From the sequence record NZ_CP104760.1: a stretch of DNA of 64,000 nucleotides. One strand, written 5' to 3'. Shown piece after piece: positions 9,776-21,248 of the stretch. The notes under the pieces are model-generated. The model worked only from the letters and a program-made list of their open reading frames with translations. It did not search any database and had not been told where the DNA came from. The stretch comes from a plasmid. A program made the translations under genes and the position numbers. Numbering within the stretch: the first letter of the stretch is position 1; each line of letters begins with the position of its first letter.

Positions 9776-12144
9776 CTGACATGATAAGAATGGCGATCTT
9801 CACAGCTTCGGTGATAGCCTCAGCCAGCGCGGCGGCGACGGTAAAATATGACAAAGAGATGCTCGCATCGCTTGGTTACGATCCCAGCGCAGCGGCGTTA
9901 TTTGAGGCTGGCGCACATTTCTTTCCCGGCGAGAACGCCGTGAATATTAGCGTCAACGGGAAAAATAAAGGCGTGCATCGGGTCATTTTTGACAGCGCTG
10001 GCTCGCCCTGCTGGAACGAGGCGCTGCTGCGCAAGCTGGGCATCGATTCGCTCAGCTTTGATGGATACAGACCTGCCTGCCTGAAGCCGCTGGCGAGCAG
10101 TAAAATAAACATCAAAGAAGAGGTCAGGCGTAGCCGTTTGCAGCTACAGGTCCCCGTTAGCAGCCTGCTGCGGGAGGTACAGTATGCGACCGGCGGCAAG
10201 GCGGCTATCGTTAATTACGATGCCAGACACTATCAGTTTCAGAGCCGTAGCGGCGAAAACCATCATTCTCAATCGCTGACGTCAGAAGTCGGCGCGAATA
10301 TCAGCCACTGGATCCTTCGCAGCGGGCAGAGCTATTCGGCGCTTGATAATCAAAACACCTTCACCCGCCTTTACAGCTACGGGCAGCGATCGGTTCCTGC
10401 CTGGGCGTCGGTTATACAGGTCGGTGAAATTATCTCCAGCGACGCCCTCTTCTCAGGCATCACGCTGACCGGCGCACAAATTGTGCCGGAACGCGCCACC
10501 CAAAACGGCGGCATGAATCTTGTCAGTCTCAACGTGCTTATTCCCCAGACAGGCAGCGCTGAAGTCTGGCAGGGCAACGTTTTGCTAAAAACTTTTACCG
10601 TCACTGCCGGTATGAACAGACTGAGCAGGATCCCCGCGCTTAACCAGCAGGATGATTTTGTTATCATCATTCGCGATGAGAGCGGTAATCAACAACAGCA
10701 AACCTTTCCCGTTATCCAGGCGATGCCGGAAACGCTCCTGCTTGATATGGGGACCTCTCTGGCGCTGGGACAGCTGCGTTTGACGCAAGAGAAATATCCG
10801 TTGCTGTTGGGGTCAACGGGCGTTTTTCAGCATCCGAGGATGGCGGTTGGCGTTGGCGGGCTGGTAAGCGAAGCCTATCAGGCAGGAGGCTGGCGCGCCT
10901 CTGTACGGCTTTCCGAATACCTGCTGGCGACCCTGTCGCAGACCTGGTCCCTTGCGCATAAGGGCGCAGATAGCGAAGGAAGAAAGCAGGGACTTAATCA
11001 TCAGGCCGGGCTGATTTATCCCGTGACGCAGCGACTCTCGCTGACCGCCTCAATGAATACCCGCAGCCGTAACTATGTTGATACCAGCAGCTCCTGGTCC
11101 TCTCATAAAACCGCTGCAGAAACCGGGCAAATCAAATCGCAATATGCGGCAGGCGTGAGTTACAGCCATGAGTGGCTGGGCGTTTTCTCGTTTACCGGCA
11201 GTCAGGCTCGCAGCTGGCAAGGCAGCGATATGCTGGGGTATACGCAGGCATGGGGACGGGCCTTTGGCAAGGTCAACGTCAACCTGGGCGTACAGAAAAA
11301 CCGGCTGACAAGCGATCGGCGTCATTATGATAATCGTTACGCTTATCTCAGTTTTTCGCTGCCGCTGGGAGAAAACCGCAGCCTGCGCAGCTGGATTAAC
11401 AGCAATGACGGGAGATCGCAGGGCGGCATCGGCTACGATCAAAGCCTGAACGATAAATTCGCATGGAGCCTGTCGAGCGAGAAAAATCAGCGCGACGATC
11501 CCTCTCTGGCTGGATCAGCCAGCTGGACAAGTAAATATACCCAGCTAAGCGGCGGCGCGTCCCGCAGCGATACCAGCACCAGCTTTAATGCTGGCGCGCG
11601 CGGCGGCGCGGTGCTGCATAGCGAAGGGCTGACCTTCACGCCGCGTAGCGTGGGCGATACGTTTAGTGTTATTTCACTCAACAATGCCCTGCCGGACGTC
11701 GAGATGCGGACGCCCGCCGGCGCCGTGTGGAGCGACCGCGGCGGCTATGCCATTTCATCATGGATGCCCTGGCAGAAGAATACGGTGCACATCAACCCGA
11801 CAAGCCTGCCGAAAAATGTTCAGGTTCCTGGCGGCATTATTGACGTCTTGCCCTACCGCGGCGCTGTTGTTCCTGTGACGCTTCCCGCTTTCACCGTGCG
11901 TCGCACGCTGCTGAGCTTTCCTGCCAATGAAAAGCCCGCGCCGGGCAGCGCCGTAAAAGATGAAAAAGGGCTGCTGCTGGCATTTGTTAACGAAGACGGC
12001 ACGATCTTTTTCGACGATCTGCCTGACGGCAGGCTTTACGTGCAGCGGTCCGACGGCAAACGTTGCGTTATCACGCTGACTTCGCCATGGGCTGCGGGCC
12101 CAGGCGCCCTTTATGCCTCCCTTTCTGCGAGATGTGTAACGTGA
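9772..12144 (+). CDS. fimbrial outer-membrane usher protein
   Basis: 790 aa (GTG start at 9772, or ATG at 9781); usher family features: N-terminal plug and beta-barrel, C-terminal Cys pair. Confidence 0.85.
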   Translation: MTDMIRMAIFTASVIASASAAATVKYDKEMLASLGYDPSAAALFEAGAHFFPGENAVNISVNGKNKGVHRVIFDSAGSPCWNEALLRKLGIDSLSFDGYRPACLKPLASSKINIKEEVRRSRLQLQVPVSSLLREVQYATGGKAAIVNYDARHYQFQSRSGENHHSQSLTSEVGANISHWILRSGQSYSALDNQNTFTRLYSYGQRSVPAWASVIQVGEIISSDALFSGITLTGAQIVPERATQNGGMNLVSLNVLIPQTGSAEVWQGNVLLKTFTVTAGMNRLSRIPALNQQDDFVIIIRDESGNQQQQTFPVIQAMPETLLLDMGTSLALGQLRLTQEKYPLLLGSTGVFQHPRMAVGVGGLVSEAYQAGGWRASVRLSEYLLATLSQTWSLAHKGADSEGRKQGLNHQAGLIYPVTQRLSLTASMNTRSRNYVDTSSSWSSHKTAAETGQIKSQYAAGVSYSHEWLGVFSFTGSQARSWQGSDMLGYTQAWGRAFGKVNVNLGVQKNRLTSDRRHYDNRYAYLSFSLPLGENRSLRSWINSNDGRSQGGIGYDQSLNDKFAWSLSSEKNQRDDPSLAGSASWTSKYTQLSGGASRSDTSTSFNAGARGGAVLHSEGLTFTPRSVGDTFSVISLNNALPDVEMRTPAGAVWSDRGGYAISSWMPWQKNTVHINPTSLPKNVQVPGGIIDVLPYRGAVVPVTLPAFTVRRTLLSFPANEKPAPGSAVKDEKGLLLAFVNEDGTIFFDDLPDGRLYVQRSDGKRCVITLTSPWAAGPGALYASLSARCVT

Positions 12145-12689
12145 AACAACCTCTACTCCTTTCCCTGACGCTGGCGGCTGGGGTGCTTGCCACTGCCGAC
12201 GCCAGCGCAGCGTGCCAGCTCCAGCTCAGCGACGCGCAGATTATTTATGCTCCGGTTACCCGCGGCGAACTGCTGACACGCGCAGGCAACCATTTCTCCG
12301 ACAGCGAGCTGCGCGTCGGAGAACCGCGCGATCTGGATATTCTCATGACCTGCGATCGCCCTGCCCGGCTGACGCTGCAGTTTATCGGACCAGCAAAAGA
12401 GAGCGGCAGTTACCGATTTGGCGCCTCGGGCCGGGCGACGCTGCTGCTGCACGATCTCTTTATCGACGATCGTCAGGCGAAAATCGGCAACGCGGGCAAA
12501 GAGGAGAACGAAATGGCCTTTACGCCGGGAGCCGTGCTGACCTTCTGGCAGGATGGCCGTCCCGCCACAGGCAGGGTTATGCGCGCTAAAGTGACGATCG
12601 CCGCATGGATGCCCGCCGACGCGACTAACGTGAATGAGCAGGAGAGCTGGCAACTCAACGGCAGCTTTGTTTCAGGCGACGACAGTTAA
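12132..12689 (+). CDS. secreted fimbrial subunit/adhesin-like protein (DUF1120-like); last gene of the CU operon
   Basis: signal peptide MKQPLLLSLTLAAGVLATADASA (ATG 12132, or GTG 12141 overlapping the usher stop); ~185 aa. Confidence 0.5.
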   Translation: MCNVKQPLLLSLTLAAGVLATADASAACQLQLSDAQIIYAPVTRGELLTRAGNHFSDSELRVGEPRDLDILMTCDRPARLTLQFIGPAKESGSYRFGASGRATLLLHDLFIDDRQAKIGNAGKEENEMAFTPGAVLTFWQDGRPATGRVMRAKVTIAAWMPADATNVNEQESWQLNGSFVSGDDS

Positions 12690-12703
12690 AGCCAGGGACG
12701 CAG

Positions 12704-15406
12704 CTATACGTAACCCATCATTTTCAACATCGATTGCGCCTGATGCATCGCTTCGGCGCGCTGGGTCACGCCCAGCTTCTGATAGAGGTTACGGATATGG
12801 GTTTTAATGGTGGTAGCGGCGACATCAAGCTCGCTGGCGATTTGATCGTTGCTGTAGCCGGAGTAGATCAGGCCCAGTACCTGCCATTCGCGCTGCGTAA
12901 GGGGACTGGTGCGGATCAGCTCCGGCACGTCAGGATGATTCAGTAAGCGGCTGACGAAGCCCTCATCGAAATGGGCAAACTTATGGCGATGGTATTTATT
13001 GATCTCATTGAGGATGCGGCGCGCGCGATGGTTGTCCAGCTCCTCCAGCGTGTTGAGCTGAATAAGCTGACGCAGCTGCTGCGCCATGATCTCGCCTTCA
13101 ATAACAAAGTGGCTGATAAAGCCGGTGCTGCGCGCCAGCTTCAGGGCTTCGATTAACGTGCGCTGCGCTTCGGCTTTACGCCCGGTCTGCCAGTAAATCT
13201 GATTGAGCAGCAGCAGGTTGCGGTTCATATCGCTCATCAGGCGCAGCGCGCGTGCGTTCTCGTTGAGCTCTTCCAGCACCACTTCCGCCTGAGTAAGATT
13301 TCCCTGCAGGATCTGCGCCCGCGCCACGTTGCGCCACTGTCCCTGTAAGAAGTGATTATTGGCAAAGGCGGGCTTGGCGGTATGCCGCATCCAGTGGCTG
13401 GCGCTCTGCGCATCGCCCGTCATCTGCCAGTAGATCACTCTGACCTTGTCGGCGTTAGCGATCCAGTCGCTGTGCAGGCTGCCGTTGTTCAGCAGATTTT
13501 CCAGACGGTTAAGATAGCTGCGCGCGTTATCCAGATTGCCGCGCGCCAGCGAGCACTGCACCAGCAGCCCCAGACACTGGATCTGCTGCTGCGGCGGGTA
13601 GCCTTTCAATACTTTCATTCCTTCACGCGCCGCCTGCTCCGCCTCGTCCAGCCGGCCCCACGCCCACATCAGCTGGGCGCGAATGCGCAGCAGAAACTCG
13701 TGCAGCGGGAACTGCGCCAGATGCTGCTCGCCCACCAGCACGAACCCTTTCTCCTGAATCTCCCAGGCGGCCTGCAGGAATCCCTGCGCGAAAAGGATTT
13801 CGCTTTGCTGGATCAGACTCCAGAGCACGTAGTGCCAGGCTTCATCTCGCCGCGCCATCTGTTCGGTCTGACGCATCAGCGCCAGCGAACGACTCAGCTC
13901 GCCTTTGCAGTGCATCACTTCGCCATGCACCGATGTAGCGACGATGCGGCTGTAGCGACGGGTTTCAGGCAGCGTCTCCAGCGCCAGCTGGGCAAGCCGC
14001 TCCGCCTCCTCGGTGTTGCCGTCGTTGATCGCCACCTGTGCGCGCACGGCGTTGAATTCGCCCTGCAGCGCCGCGTCGATCTCGCAGTTGCACGCCTGCT
14101 CGAACTTCGCCAGCAGCAGGTTGACTTCAGAAAAGCGATGCTGGCTCTGCATCAGCCAGGCCTGCAGCAGCACCAGCCTGGGATTTTCCAGCAGCATCGT
14201 CCAGGGCAGCGCCTTAAGGGAGGTCTCCAGCAGCGCCAGCTCGCTCTGATTAAACAGCGTCCAGGCGTGCTCCAGCAGCACGTCGCGCAGCATATCGACA
14301 TCGCCGGAGGCGAGCGCATGACCAATCGCCTCGCCGGGAAATCCCTGCGCCACCCAGCTTTCGGCTGCCGCGCGATGCACCGCAGGCAGCTCGGCTGCCA
14401 GCTCCCACTGACAGCGCTGGCGCAAAAAAGAGCCAAACAGCGGGTGATAGCTGAACCACTGTCCTGAATCATCCATACGCTGCAGGAAGAGTCCCTGCCG
14501 CTCAATCTCCTCCAGCCGCATGCGCCCGTTGGCTTCACCCGTCACGCTGGCGACGAGCGCATCATTCATGGAGCGCAGCAGTGCGGTCTTCAGCAGAAAA
14601 TGACGCGTCGCGTCGTCGACATTATCCAGCACCTCTTCCACCAGATAGTCGGCAAGGTGGCTGGCGTTAATGCCGGAGAGCCGTCGGGCGGAATCCTGCG
14701 CCGAGCCGCCGCCCTGACGCGCGGAGAGCGCGATCAGCTGCAGCGCGGTCGCCCAGCCCGCGACATCGTCGCACAGGCGTCCGCTCTCCTCGGTGGCGAG
14801 CGGCGCGCTCAGCCGACGGTCAAAAAACTGCTTCGCTTCGTGATGGGTAAACGCCAGCTGCTGACTGCCCAGTTCAAGCAGCTGCTCGCGCACGCGCAGA
14901 TTGGCGATGCCGAGCTGCGGCAGATTGCGCGACAGCACCACCAGCGTAAGGTTGTCGGGCTGATGGCGCAGAAAAAAACGCATCGCCTCATGGATCGCGG
15001 GATTAGTGATGTGATGATAGTCATCAATAATCAGCCAGAGCGGCTGCCGCCATTCGGTCAGCTCAATAAACAGCTGGGCGAACAGCGCGTTGAGGTTAAC
15101 GTACTGCCGCTTTTGCGCCAGCGTTTCGCTGCGACGGCAGCCGCCCTGCGTCGCCTGTTGCAGCGCCGCAATAAGATAATCAGCAAAACGCTCCGGCTGA
15201 TTATCGCCCTCGTCTAATGAATACCAGCCCAGCTCCTTTTTATCCGCCGCCCACTGGGATACCAGCGTGGTTTTGCCGTAACCCGCCGGGCTGGTGATCA
15301 AAACCAGCCGATAGTTGGCCGCTGCGGTGAGCTTTTGCAGCAGGCGATCGCGGGTGACGGTGCTTTCAAGGCGAACGGGTCGACTGAGTTTCGAGGGTAT
15401 TAACAT
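12704..15406 (-). CDS. malT: maltose regulon transcriptional activator MalT
   Basis: near full-length collinearity with E. coli MalT ([13 protein letters not shown]...[10 protein letters not shown]...C-terminal LuxR HTH); start set at the internal Met matching the E. coli N-terminus. Confidence 0.95.
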   Translation of the reverse strand: MLIPSKLSRPVRLESTVTRDRLLQKLTAAANYRLVLITSPAGYGKTTLVSQWAADKKELGWYSLDEGDNQPERFADYLIAALQQATQGGCRRSETLAQKRQYVNLNALFAQLFIELTEWRQPLWLIIDDYHHITNPAIHEAMRFFLRHQPDNLTLVVLSRNLPQLGIANLRVREQLLELGSQQLAFTHHEAKQFFDRRLSAPLATEESGRLCDDVAGWATALQLIALSARQGGGSAQDSARRLSGINASHLADYLVEEVLDNVDDATRHFLLKTALLRSMNDALVASVTGEANGRMRLEEIERQGLFLQRMDDSGQWFSYHPLFGSFLRQRCQWELAAELPAVHRAAAESWVAQGFPGEAIGHALASGDVDMLRDVLLEHAWTLFNQSELALLETSLKALPWTMLLENPRLVLLQAWLMQSQHRFSEVNLLLAKFEQACNCEIDAALQGEFNAVRAQVAINDGNTEEAERLAQLALETLPETRRYSRIVATSVHGEVMHCKGELSRSLALMRQTEQMARRDEAWHYVLWSLIQQSEILFAQGFLQAAWEIQEKGFVLVGEQHLAQFPLHEFLLRIRAQLMWAWGRLDEAEQAAREGMKVLKGYPPQQQIQCLGLLVQCSLARGNLDNARSYLNRLENLLNNGSLHSDWIANADKVRVIYWQMTGDAQSASHWMRHTAKPAFANNHFLQGQWRNVARAQILQGNLTQAEVVLEELNENARALRLMSDMNRNLLLLNQIYWQTGRKAEAQRTLIEALKLARSTGFISHFVIEGEIMAQQLRQLIQLNTLEELDNHRARRILNEINKYHRHKFAHFDEGFVSRLLNHPDVPELIRTSPLTQREWQVLGLIYSGYSNDQIASELDVAATTIKTHIRNLYQKLGVTQRAEAMHQAQSMLKMMGYV

Positions 15407-15589
15407 GGGCGCACGCTTCTCCATTAACGTTTAGCGCATCATTTTTTTACGCTTCGTAATTAATCTTCATACACGTTCAGCGATTCGATGACTGAATGCA
15501 AGCAAACCTGTAAGGCAGCCTTAACAAAAGCGAGTGTAATCACACTACTGCGCCGCTTTCAGATTTACCCTGGCTTCTCCGCCCTCGTT

Positions 15590-15625
15590 ATCCTCCCTGC
15601 TGAATTTGATGCGGGAGGAGGAGCG
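15590..15625. promoter_or_regulatory. putative MalT boxes (GGAGGA on both strands) in the malT-malP divergent promoter region
   Basis: motifs TTATCCTCCC and GGGAGGAGGAG 60-100 nt upstream of malP; MalT box consensus GGA(T/G)GA. Confidence 0.4.
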
Positions 15626-15687
15626 CCAGAACCACGGCAGGCACACTGGCACGCATACCCTTTTCGTTCTGACAGGAAGCACAACAC

Positions 15688-18090
15688 ATGAACCCGCAAT
15701 CCTTCGACACCGACCGTTTTACCGCCGCGCTTACGCGCCAGTGGCAACGCTTTGGTCTGCGCGACGCGCAGGAGATGAATCCTCAACAGTGGTGGCACGC
15801 ACTCAGCGGCGCGCTGGCCGAGCTGATGGCTGACCTGCCTGCGCAGGCGGCAAACGGGCCACAGCGCCACGTTAACTATCTCTCCATGGAGTTTCTGACC
15901 GGGCGGCTGACGGGAAATAACCTGCTCAACCTGGGCTGGTATCAGCCGGTCAGCGACGCGCTCGCCGGTTGCGGCGTTGACTTGAGCGAGGTGCTGGAGC
16001 GCGAGACCGATCCGGCGCTCGGCAACGGCGGCCTGGGTCGACTGGCGGCCTGTTTTCTCGACGCCATGGCGACCACCGGGCAGCCTGCTATCGGCTACGG
16101 CCTGAACTACCAGTACGGCCTGTTTCGTCAGCATTTTGTCGAGGGCGCGCAGCATGAGCAGCCGGACGACTGGGGGCGTGACCGCTACCCCTGGTTTCGT
16201 CACAACGCCGCGCTGACGGTGCAGGTCGGCCTGGGTGGCAAGGTCACGACGGAGAACGGCCTTCCGCGCTGGGAACCCGCTTTTCTGTTGCAGGGCGAAG
16301 CCTGGGATCTGCCCGTTGTCGGCTACCAGAACGGCGTGATCCAGCCGCTGCGCCTCTGGCAAGCGAAACATGCGCATCCTTTCAATCTGCAACGCTTTAA
16401 CGACGGCGATTTTCTGCGTGCCGAACAGCAGGGTATCGATGCGGAGAAGCTGACGAAGGTGCTCTACCCCAACGACAACCATCTGGCGGGGAAAAAGCTG
16501 CGCCTGATGCAGCAATATTTCCAGTGCGCCTGTACCCTGGCTGATATCCTGCGACGCCATCATCAGGCGGGCCGCGCGATTGAGTCGCTGCCCGACTATG
16601 AGGTGATCCAGCTTAACGATACCCACCCGACGCTGGCGATCCCTGAGCTGCTGCGCCTGCTGCTCGACCAACATCAGCTGTCGTGGGAGCAGGCGTGGCG
16701 CATTACGCAGCGCACCTTCGCCTACACCAACCATACGCTGATGCCGGAAGCGCTGGAGTGCTGGAACCTGCGTCTGGTACGCACGCTGCTGCCGCGCCAT
16801 ATGATGATTATCAACACCATCAACGCACAGCTGAAAAAAGAGGTGGAGGCGCGCTGGCCGGGCAACGAAGCGATCTGGGCGAAGCTGGCGGTAGTGCATA
16901 ATCAGCAGCTGCGCATGGCGAACCTTTGCGTGGTCAGCGGCTTCGCGGTCAATGGCGTAGCGGCCCTACACTCGAAGCTGGTGGTGCAGGACCTCTTTCC
17001 GGCGTATCACGCGCTGTGGCCGGAGAAGTTCCATAACGTCACTAACGGCATCACGCCGCGCCGCTGGATCCAGCAGTGCAACCCGGCGCTGGCCGCGCTG
17101 ATCGGCAAAACCCTACGTCGCCCCTGGCTTAACGATCTGGATGCGCTCAGCGATCTGGCACCGCTGGCGGAGGATGCGGCGTTTCGCGCGGAGTATCGTG
17201 CCATCAAACAGGAGAACAAGGCCGCTCTGACGCGCTGGATCGCCGAACAAACCGGTATTCACGTTCAGCCCGACGCGCTGTTCGACGTACAGATTAAGCG
17301 TTTGCATGAATATAAGCGCCAGCATCTGATGCTGCTGCATATCATCGCCCTGTGGCAAACCCTGGTCAGCGATCCGCAGGCGAACTTGACGCCGCGCGTA
17401 ATGCTGTTCGGTGCCAAAGCAGCGCCGGGCTATGCGCTGGCGAAAAATATCATCTATGCCATCAATAAGGTGGCCGCGGTGGTCAACGCCGATCCGCGCG
17501 TCGGCGATCGCCTTAAAATCGTGTTTATTCCCGACTACAACGTCTCTGTAGCGGAGCGGCTTATCCCGGCCGCCGATCTCTCCGAACAGATCTCTACGGC
17601 AGGCAAAGAGGCTTCCGGCACCGGCAATATGAAGCTGGCGCTCAACGGCGCGCTGACAATTGGCACGCTGGACGGCGCAAATGTGGAGATTGCCCAGCAG
17701 GTCGGCGAGGAGAATATCTTTATTTTCGGTCATACCGTCGAGCAGGTCAGCGCGCTGAAGCAGGCGGGTTACGCACCGACGACGTGGCGTAAAAAAGATC
17801 CGCAGCTTGATCGGGCGCTGACCGCGCTGGAGGACGGTACGTTCAGCGACGGCGACCGGACCGCCTTCGCCGCGCTGACGCGCAGCCTGGGGCCGGAGGG
17901 CGGCGATCCTTATCTGGTGCTGGCCGATTTCCGTCACTATCTCAACGCCCAGCAGCAGGTTGAAGCGCTGTGGGCCGATCGGGACGCCTGGACGCGCGCC
18001 GCTATTCTGAACACCGCGCGCTGCGGCATGTTCAGCGCCGACCGCGCCATCCGCGACTATCAGCAACGCATCTGGCAGGCCGCGCGCTGA
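15688..18090 (+). CDS. malP: maltodextrin phosphorylase MalP
   Basis: 800 aa; collinear with E. coli MalP (glycogen-phosphorylase family, GT35). Confidence 0.95.
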   Translation: MNPQSFDTDRFTAALTRQWQRFGLRDAQEMNPQQWWHALSGALAELMADLPAQAANGPQRHVNYLSMEFLTGRLTGNNLLNLGWYQPVSDALAGCGVDLSEVLERETDPALGNGGLGRLAACFLDAMATTGQPAIGYGLNYQYGLFRQHFVEGAQHEQPDDWGRDRYPWFRHNAALTVQVGLGGKVTTENGLPRWEPAFLLQGEAWDLPVVGYQNGVIQPLRLWQAKHAHPFNLQRFNDGDFLRAEQQGIDAEKLTKVLYPNDNHLAGKKLRLMQQYFQCACTLADILRRHHQAGRAIESLPDYEVIQLNDTHPTLAIPELLRLLLDQHQLSWEQAWRITQRTFAYTNHTLMPEALECWNLRLVRTLLPRHMMIINTINAQLKKEVEARWPGNEAIWAKLAVVHNQQLRMANLCVVSGFAVNGVAALHSKLVVQDLFPAYHALWPEKFHNVTNGITPRRWIQQCNPALAALIGKTLRRPWLNDLDALSDLAPLAEDAAFRAEYRAIKQENKAALTRWIAEQTGIHVQPDALFDVQIKRLHEYKRQHLMLLHIIALWQTLVSDPQANLTPRVMLFGAKAAPGYALAKNIIYAINKVAAVVNADPRVGDRLKIVFIPDYNVSVAERLIPAADLSEQISTAGKEASGTGNMKLALNGALTIGTLDGANVEIAQQVGEENIFIFGHTVEQVSALKQAGYAPTTWRKKDPQLDRALTALEDGTFSDGDRTAFAALTRSLGPEGGDPYLVLADFRHYLNAQQQVEALWADRDAWTRAAILNTARCGMFSADRAIRDYQQRIWQAAR

Positions 18091-18098
18091 GGATCGCC

Positions 18099-20168
18099 AT
18101 GAAACCAAAAAACCACCTTGATCTTGCGGCGGATGGCCTGATTGCGCCTGATTATATTGACGCCCACGGGCGGCCGCAGCAGGTATCTTCCTTTACCCGC
18201 GAGCGGCTGCTGGGGCTGATGCAGCCGTTGAGTGGCAGCGCGTCGCCGCTGCCGCCTGCAGCCATCTTTCGCCAGGGGGAGCCGCTGGCGCTCACGCCGG
18301 TTCTTTTCGCTGCGGCCGACTGGCAGCTGACCAGCGAAGCGGGCGAATGCTGGTCTGGCCGCTGTGCGGTCGGCGAGACGCTTTCGCTGCCGCTTTTGCC
18401 GGATGGCTACCACCAGCTGACGCTGGAGCATGAGGCGCAGCGCTACCGCTGCTGCATTATCGTCGCGCCGCCGCGCTGCTATGAGCCGGCCGCGCTGCTG
18501 GCGGGCGAATCGCTGTGGGGCAGCTGCATTCAGCTTTATACGCTGCGTTCGGCGAATAACTGGGGCATCGGCGACTTTGGCGATCTGCGGCAGATGATCG
18601 GTGAGACGGCGAAACGCGGCGGCGCCTTCGTCGGGCTGAACCCGCTGCACGCCCTCTTTCCTGCCGAGCCGGAGAGCGCCAGTCCTTACAGCCCCTCTTC
18701 CCGCCGCTGGCTCAATATTCTCTACATTGACGTCAACCAGATAGCTGATTTTCAGCAGAGCGACGCGGCGCAAACATGGTGGCGGCTTGAGGCGACGCAG
18801 CAGGCGCTGCAGGCGGCGCGCAGCGCTGAATATGTCGATTACCGCGCCGTGACGCGCCTGAAGCTGGAAGGGTTGCGGCTGGCCTGGCAGCAGTTTCGGC
18901 GTCGCGGCCCAGAGGATGCGGAGACGGCGGCGTTTGATGCCTTCGTCGAGGCGGGCGGCGACAGCCTGCTCAGCCAGGGACTGTTCGATGTGCTGCACGC
19001 CGAGCGGCGCGAGCAGGATAGCGACTGCCACGGCTGGCAAAGCTGGCCGGAAGCCTTTCAGCATCCTGACAGCGCCGCCGTGCTGGCGTTTCGCATCGAA
19101 CAGAGCGACGAGGTGCGCTTCTGGCTCTGGCTACAGTGGCTGGCGGCGCAGCAGTTCGCAGGCTGCTGGCAGCTTTGTCAGCAGCAGCAGATGCCGATTG
19201 GGCTCTATCGCGATCTAGCGGTAGGGGTGGCGCGCGACGGCGCTGAGACATGGCGTGAGCGGGAGCTTTACTGCCTTGAGGCGAGCGTCGGCGCGCCGCC
19301 CGATATTCTTGGCCCGCTGGGGCAAAACTGGGGGCTGCCGCCGATGGATCCGCAGGCAATGGCGGCGCGCGCCTTCGAGCCCTGGATTACGCTGCTGCGT
19401 GCCAGTATGCAGGACTGCGGCGCGTTGCGTATCGACCATGTGATGGCGCTGCTGCGTCTCTGGTGGATCCCGCAGGGCGAAAGCGCGGCTGAAGGTGCCT
19501 ATGTTCACTACCCGGTGGACGCGCTGCTGGCGATCCTGGCGCTGGAGAGTCAGCGCCACCGCTGTATGGTGATAGGCGAAGATTTAGGCACTGTGCCCGC
19601 GGCGATTGTCGATAAGCTGCGCGACGCCGGCGTTTACTCCTACAAGGTGCTCTATTTCGAGCAGACGTCGAAGCAGGCTTTCCGCCCGCCAGCGCAGTGG
19701 CCGCGTCAGGCGATGGCGGTCACCACTACCCACGATATGCCGACTTTGCGCGGCTGGTGGCGAAGCGACGATCTCCGTCTGGGAAGCGAGCTTGGCCTCT
19801 ATCCCGATAAAACCATTCTGGCCGGGCTTTACCGCGACAGACAGACGGCGAGACAAGCGCTGTTGCGAACCCTGCTGCGTAGCGGCGCGCTGCCGTCGCG
19901 TCAGCGGTTTCAGCGCGGCCGCGCGCGTATGACCGGGACGCTCAGCCGGGCGATACTGGGTTATCTGGCGGGGACGCAGAGCGCGCTGCTTGGCCTGCAG
20001 CCGGAAGAGTGGCTGGATATGGCAACACCGGTAAACGTGCCGGGCACCACTGATGCCTATCCCAACTGGCGACGCAAACTCAGCGCAACGCTGGAGGAGA
20101 TGTTCAGCGACGCTGCGGTCGATGCGCTGCTGGCGCAGGTTAACAGAGGCAGAAAAGAGGTTAAGTAG
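18099..20168 (+). CDS. malQ: 4-alpha-glucanotransferase (amylomaltase) MalQ
   Basis: collinear with E. coli MalQ (CYEP...LWGSCIQLYTLRS..NWGIGDFGDL...GLNPLHALFPA.PESASPYSPSSRRWLN); start set to the ATG at 18099 (the ORF track begins inside the malP tail). Confidence 0.95.
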   Translation: MKPKNHLDLAADGLIAPDYIDAHGRPQQVSSFTRERLLGLMQPLSGSASPLPPAAIFRQGEPLALTPVLFAAADWQLTSEAGECWSGRCAVGETLSLPLLPDGYHQLTLEHEAQRYRCCIIVAPPRCYEPAALLAGESLWGSCIQLYTLRSANNWGIGDFGDLRQMIGETAKRGGAFVGLNPLHALFPAEPESASPYSPSSRRWLNILYIDVNQIADFQQSDAAQTWWRLEATQQALQAARSAEYVDYRAVTRLKLEGLRLAWQQFRRRGPEDAETAAFDAFVEAGGDSLLSQGLFDVLHAERREQDSDCHGWQSWPEAFQHPDSAAVLAFRIEQSDEVRFWLWLQWLAAQQFAGCWQLCQQQQMPIGLYRDLAVGVARDGAETWRERELYCLEASVGAPPDILGPLGQNWGLPPMDPQAMAARAFEPWITLLRASMQDCGALRIDHVMALLRLWWIPQGESAAEGAYVHYPVDALLAILALESQRHRCMVIGEDLGTVPAAIVDKLRDAGVYSYKVLYFEQTSKQAFRPPAQWPRQAMAVTTTHDMPTLRGWWRSDDLRLGSELGLYPDKTILAGLYRDRQTARQALLRTLLRSGALPSRQRFQRGRARMTGTLSRAILGYLAGTQSALLGLQPEEWLDMATPVNVPGTTDAYPNWRRKLSATLEEMFSDAAVDALLAQVNRGRKEVK

Positions 20169-20180
20169 CGGTTAAATGTT

Positions 20181-20199
20181 AGCCCGCCGCGTGCGGGCT
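20181..20199 (+). terminator. hairpin AGCCCGC-cgcgt-GCGGGCT after malQ; probable malPQ terminator
   Basis: seen directly 13 nt after the malQ stop, followed by a T-containing stretch. Confidence 0.5.
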
Positions 20200-20439
20200 G
20201 ACTTTCTTGCGCCAGCGATATTCGTGGCGCAGTCGGGCGCCAGGCTAATGCGGCCCTGGTCAACGGCCAGCAGCGATCCTTTCGCTATTCCAGCATCATG
20301 ATAATCAATGGCTTTTCTGACAAATTCTATACATTAAGGCGACAGATGCACTAAACGCCAAAGCTAAAATGCTGCGCTGCATAGCCTGCCACCCTTTGAT
20401 AATTTCAATTTCAGAGGATATAAAGTACGTAATTTCTTC

Positions 20440-21129
20440 TCAAAATAAATCGCTCGTTCCAAATATACGATTAAGGTTCGTTTTCCCAACCTTAGTGACA
20501 AAAACGGCGCGGCTGTTTTTTTTCTTTATAATCCATTCTGATTTAACGAATCGATCTGCAAGAATATTTCCCAGAAAGCCGCCAAGGTGCGGGACGCGTT
20601 CAGTCCAGTCCATACACTGGATTGCAACTTTTTCTGGGATTGACTCCGGGCCAGCTGGAAGCAAATTATGATAGCTAAACCAGTCAGCCCCGTTACTGGT
20701 CAAATGAATAGTCTTAGAATGACCTTCAGTCTGAATGTAATGTAATTCGAGCAACTTTTGATAAATTAAAACGCCAAGATGTCCAGCCAGATGATTAAAA
20801 CAATAACGAGCCTGACATATTTCATTTTCAGGTAACTTCCGGTGTATTCCTTTACTACTGGCAAGATACATAACCGACTCTACAACAGAGGCTACATCAG
20901 AGGAGCTGAGCGTAAAATACTTAAATTTACCTTGCTTAAAGGTTTTCACAAGGCCGCTGTCAACAAGTGCTTTAAGATGAGCCGTTGCGGCTGAAGGCAG
21001 AAGGCCAGTTCCGTATGCCAGCTCTTTTGCCGTGAAATATCGTCCCTCCATCATCAGAACTAACATTTCAAGTCTGCGCTGATTCCCTAAGGCTATAGCT
21101 AACTGATTTAAAACATTTTTATTAAACAT
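20440..21129 (-). CDS. two-domain ArsR/SmtB-like winged-helix regulator (C-terminal Cys/His-rich domain), divergent from the RiPP-like operon
   Basis: 229 aa; N-terminal ArsR-type HTH (RRLEMLVLMMEG..FTAKELAYGTGLLPSAATAHLKALVDSGLV); shares the C-terminal motifs CFNHLAG and CMDWTERVPHLGG with the paralog at 40704-41414. Confidence 0.7.
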   Translation of the reverse strand: MFNKNVLNQLAIALGNQRRLEMLVLMMEGRYFTAKELAYGTGLLPSAATAHLKALVDSGLVKTFKQGKFKYFTLSSSDVASVVESVMYLASSKGIHRKLPENEICQARYCFNHLAGHLGVLIYQKLLELHYIQTEGHSKTIHLTSNGADWFSYHNLLPAGPESIPEKVAIQCMDWTERVPHLGGFLGNILADRFVKSEWIIKKKNSRAVFVTKVGKTNLNRIFGTSDLF

Positions 21130-21191
21130 AGTTCATCCTTGACTGAATGGTTAAAACTTGAAACATATCCTGAAACGTTCTAATTGTATTT

Positions 21192-21212
21192 TTGCATTGT
21201 ATCTAAATGCAA
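21192..21212. promoter_or_regulatory. inverted repeat TTGCATT-N7-AATGCAA in the divergent promoter region; candidate operator
   Basis: seen directly about 40 nt upstream of the sORF ATG. Confidence 0.25.
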
Positions 21213-21248
21213 TACAAGTTTATTTCATTTAATTATAGGGGGTTCATT

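Noticed and set aside
13352-14467. 371-aa ORF on the plus strand inside malT (plus other antisense ORFs at 14152-14538 and 14600-15217)
   Set aside because: These are antisense to a gene with near full-length MalT homology. Long Arg/Ala/Gln-rich open frames are expected on the opposite strand of high-GC coding DNA, and there are no RBS or domain features.
15565-16899. 444-aa minus-strand ORF overlapping malP (and 17113-18108, 18060-19064 overlapping malP/malQ)
   Set aside because: They are antisense to malP/malQ, which are unambiguous by homology. Their composition is that of GC-rich antisense frames.
20369-20671. 100-aa plus-strand ORF overlapping the ArsR-like regulator gene
   Set aside because: It is antisense to the regulator gene and its translation is low-complexity.
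21180-21197. Minus-strand mini-ORF MQKYN* (ends in Asn like MccA heptapeptides)
   Set aside because: It is on the wrong strand relative to the MccB-like gene, it has no RBS, and a 5-codon frame arises trivially by chance in AT-rich DNA.
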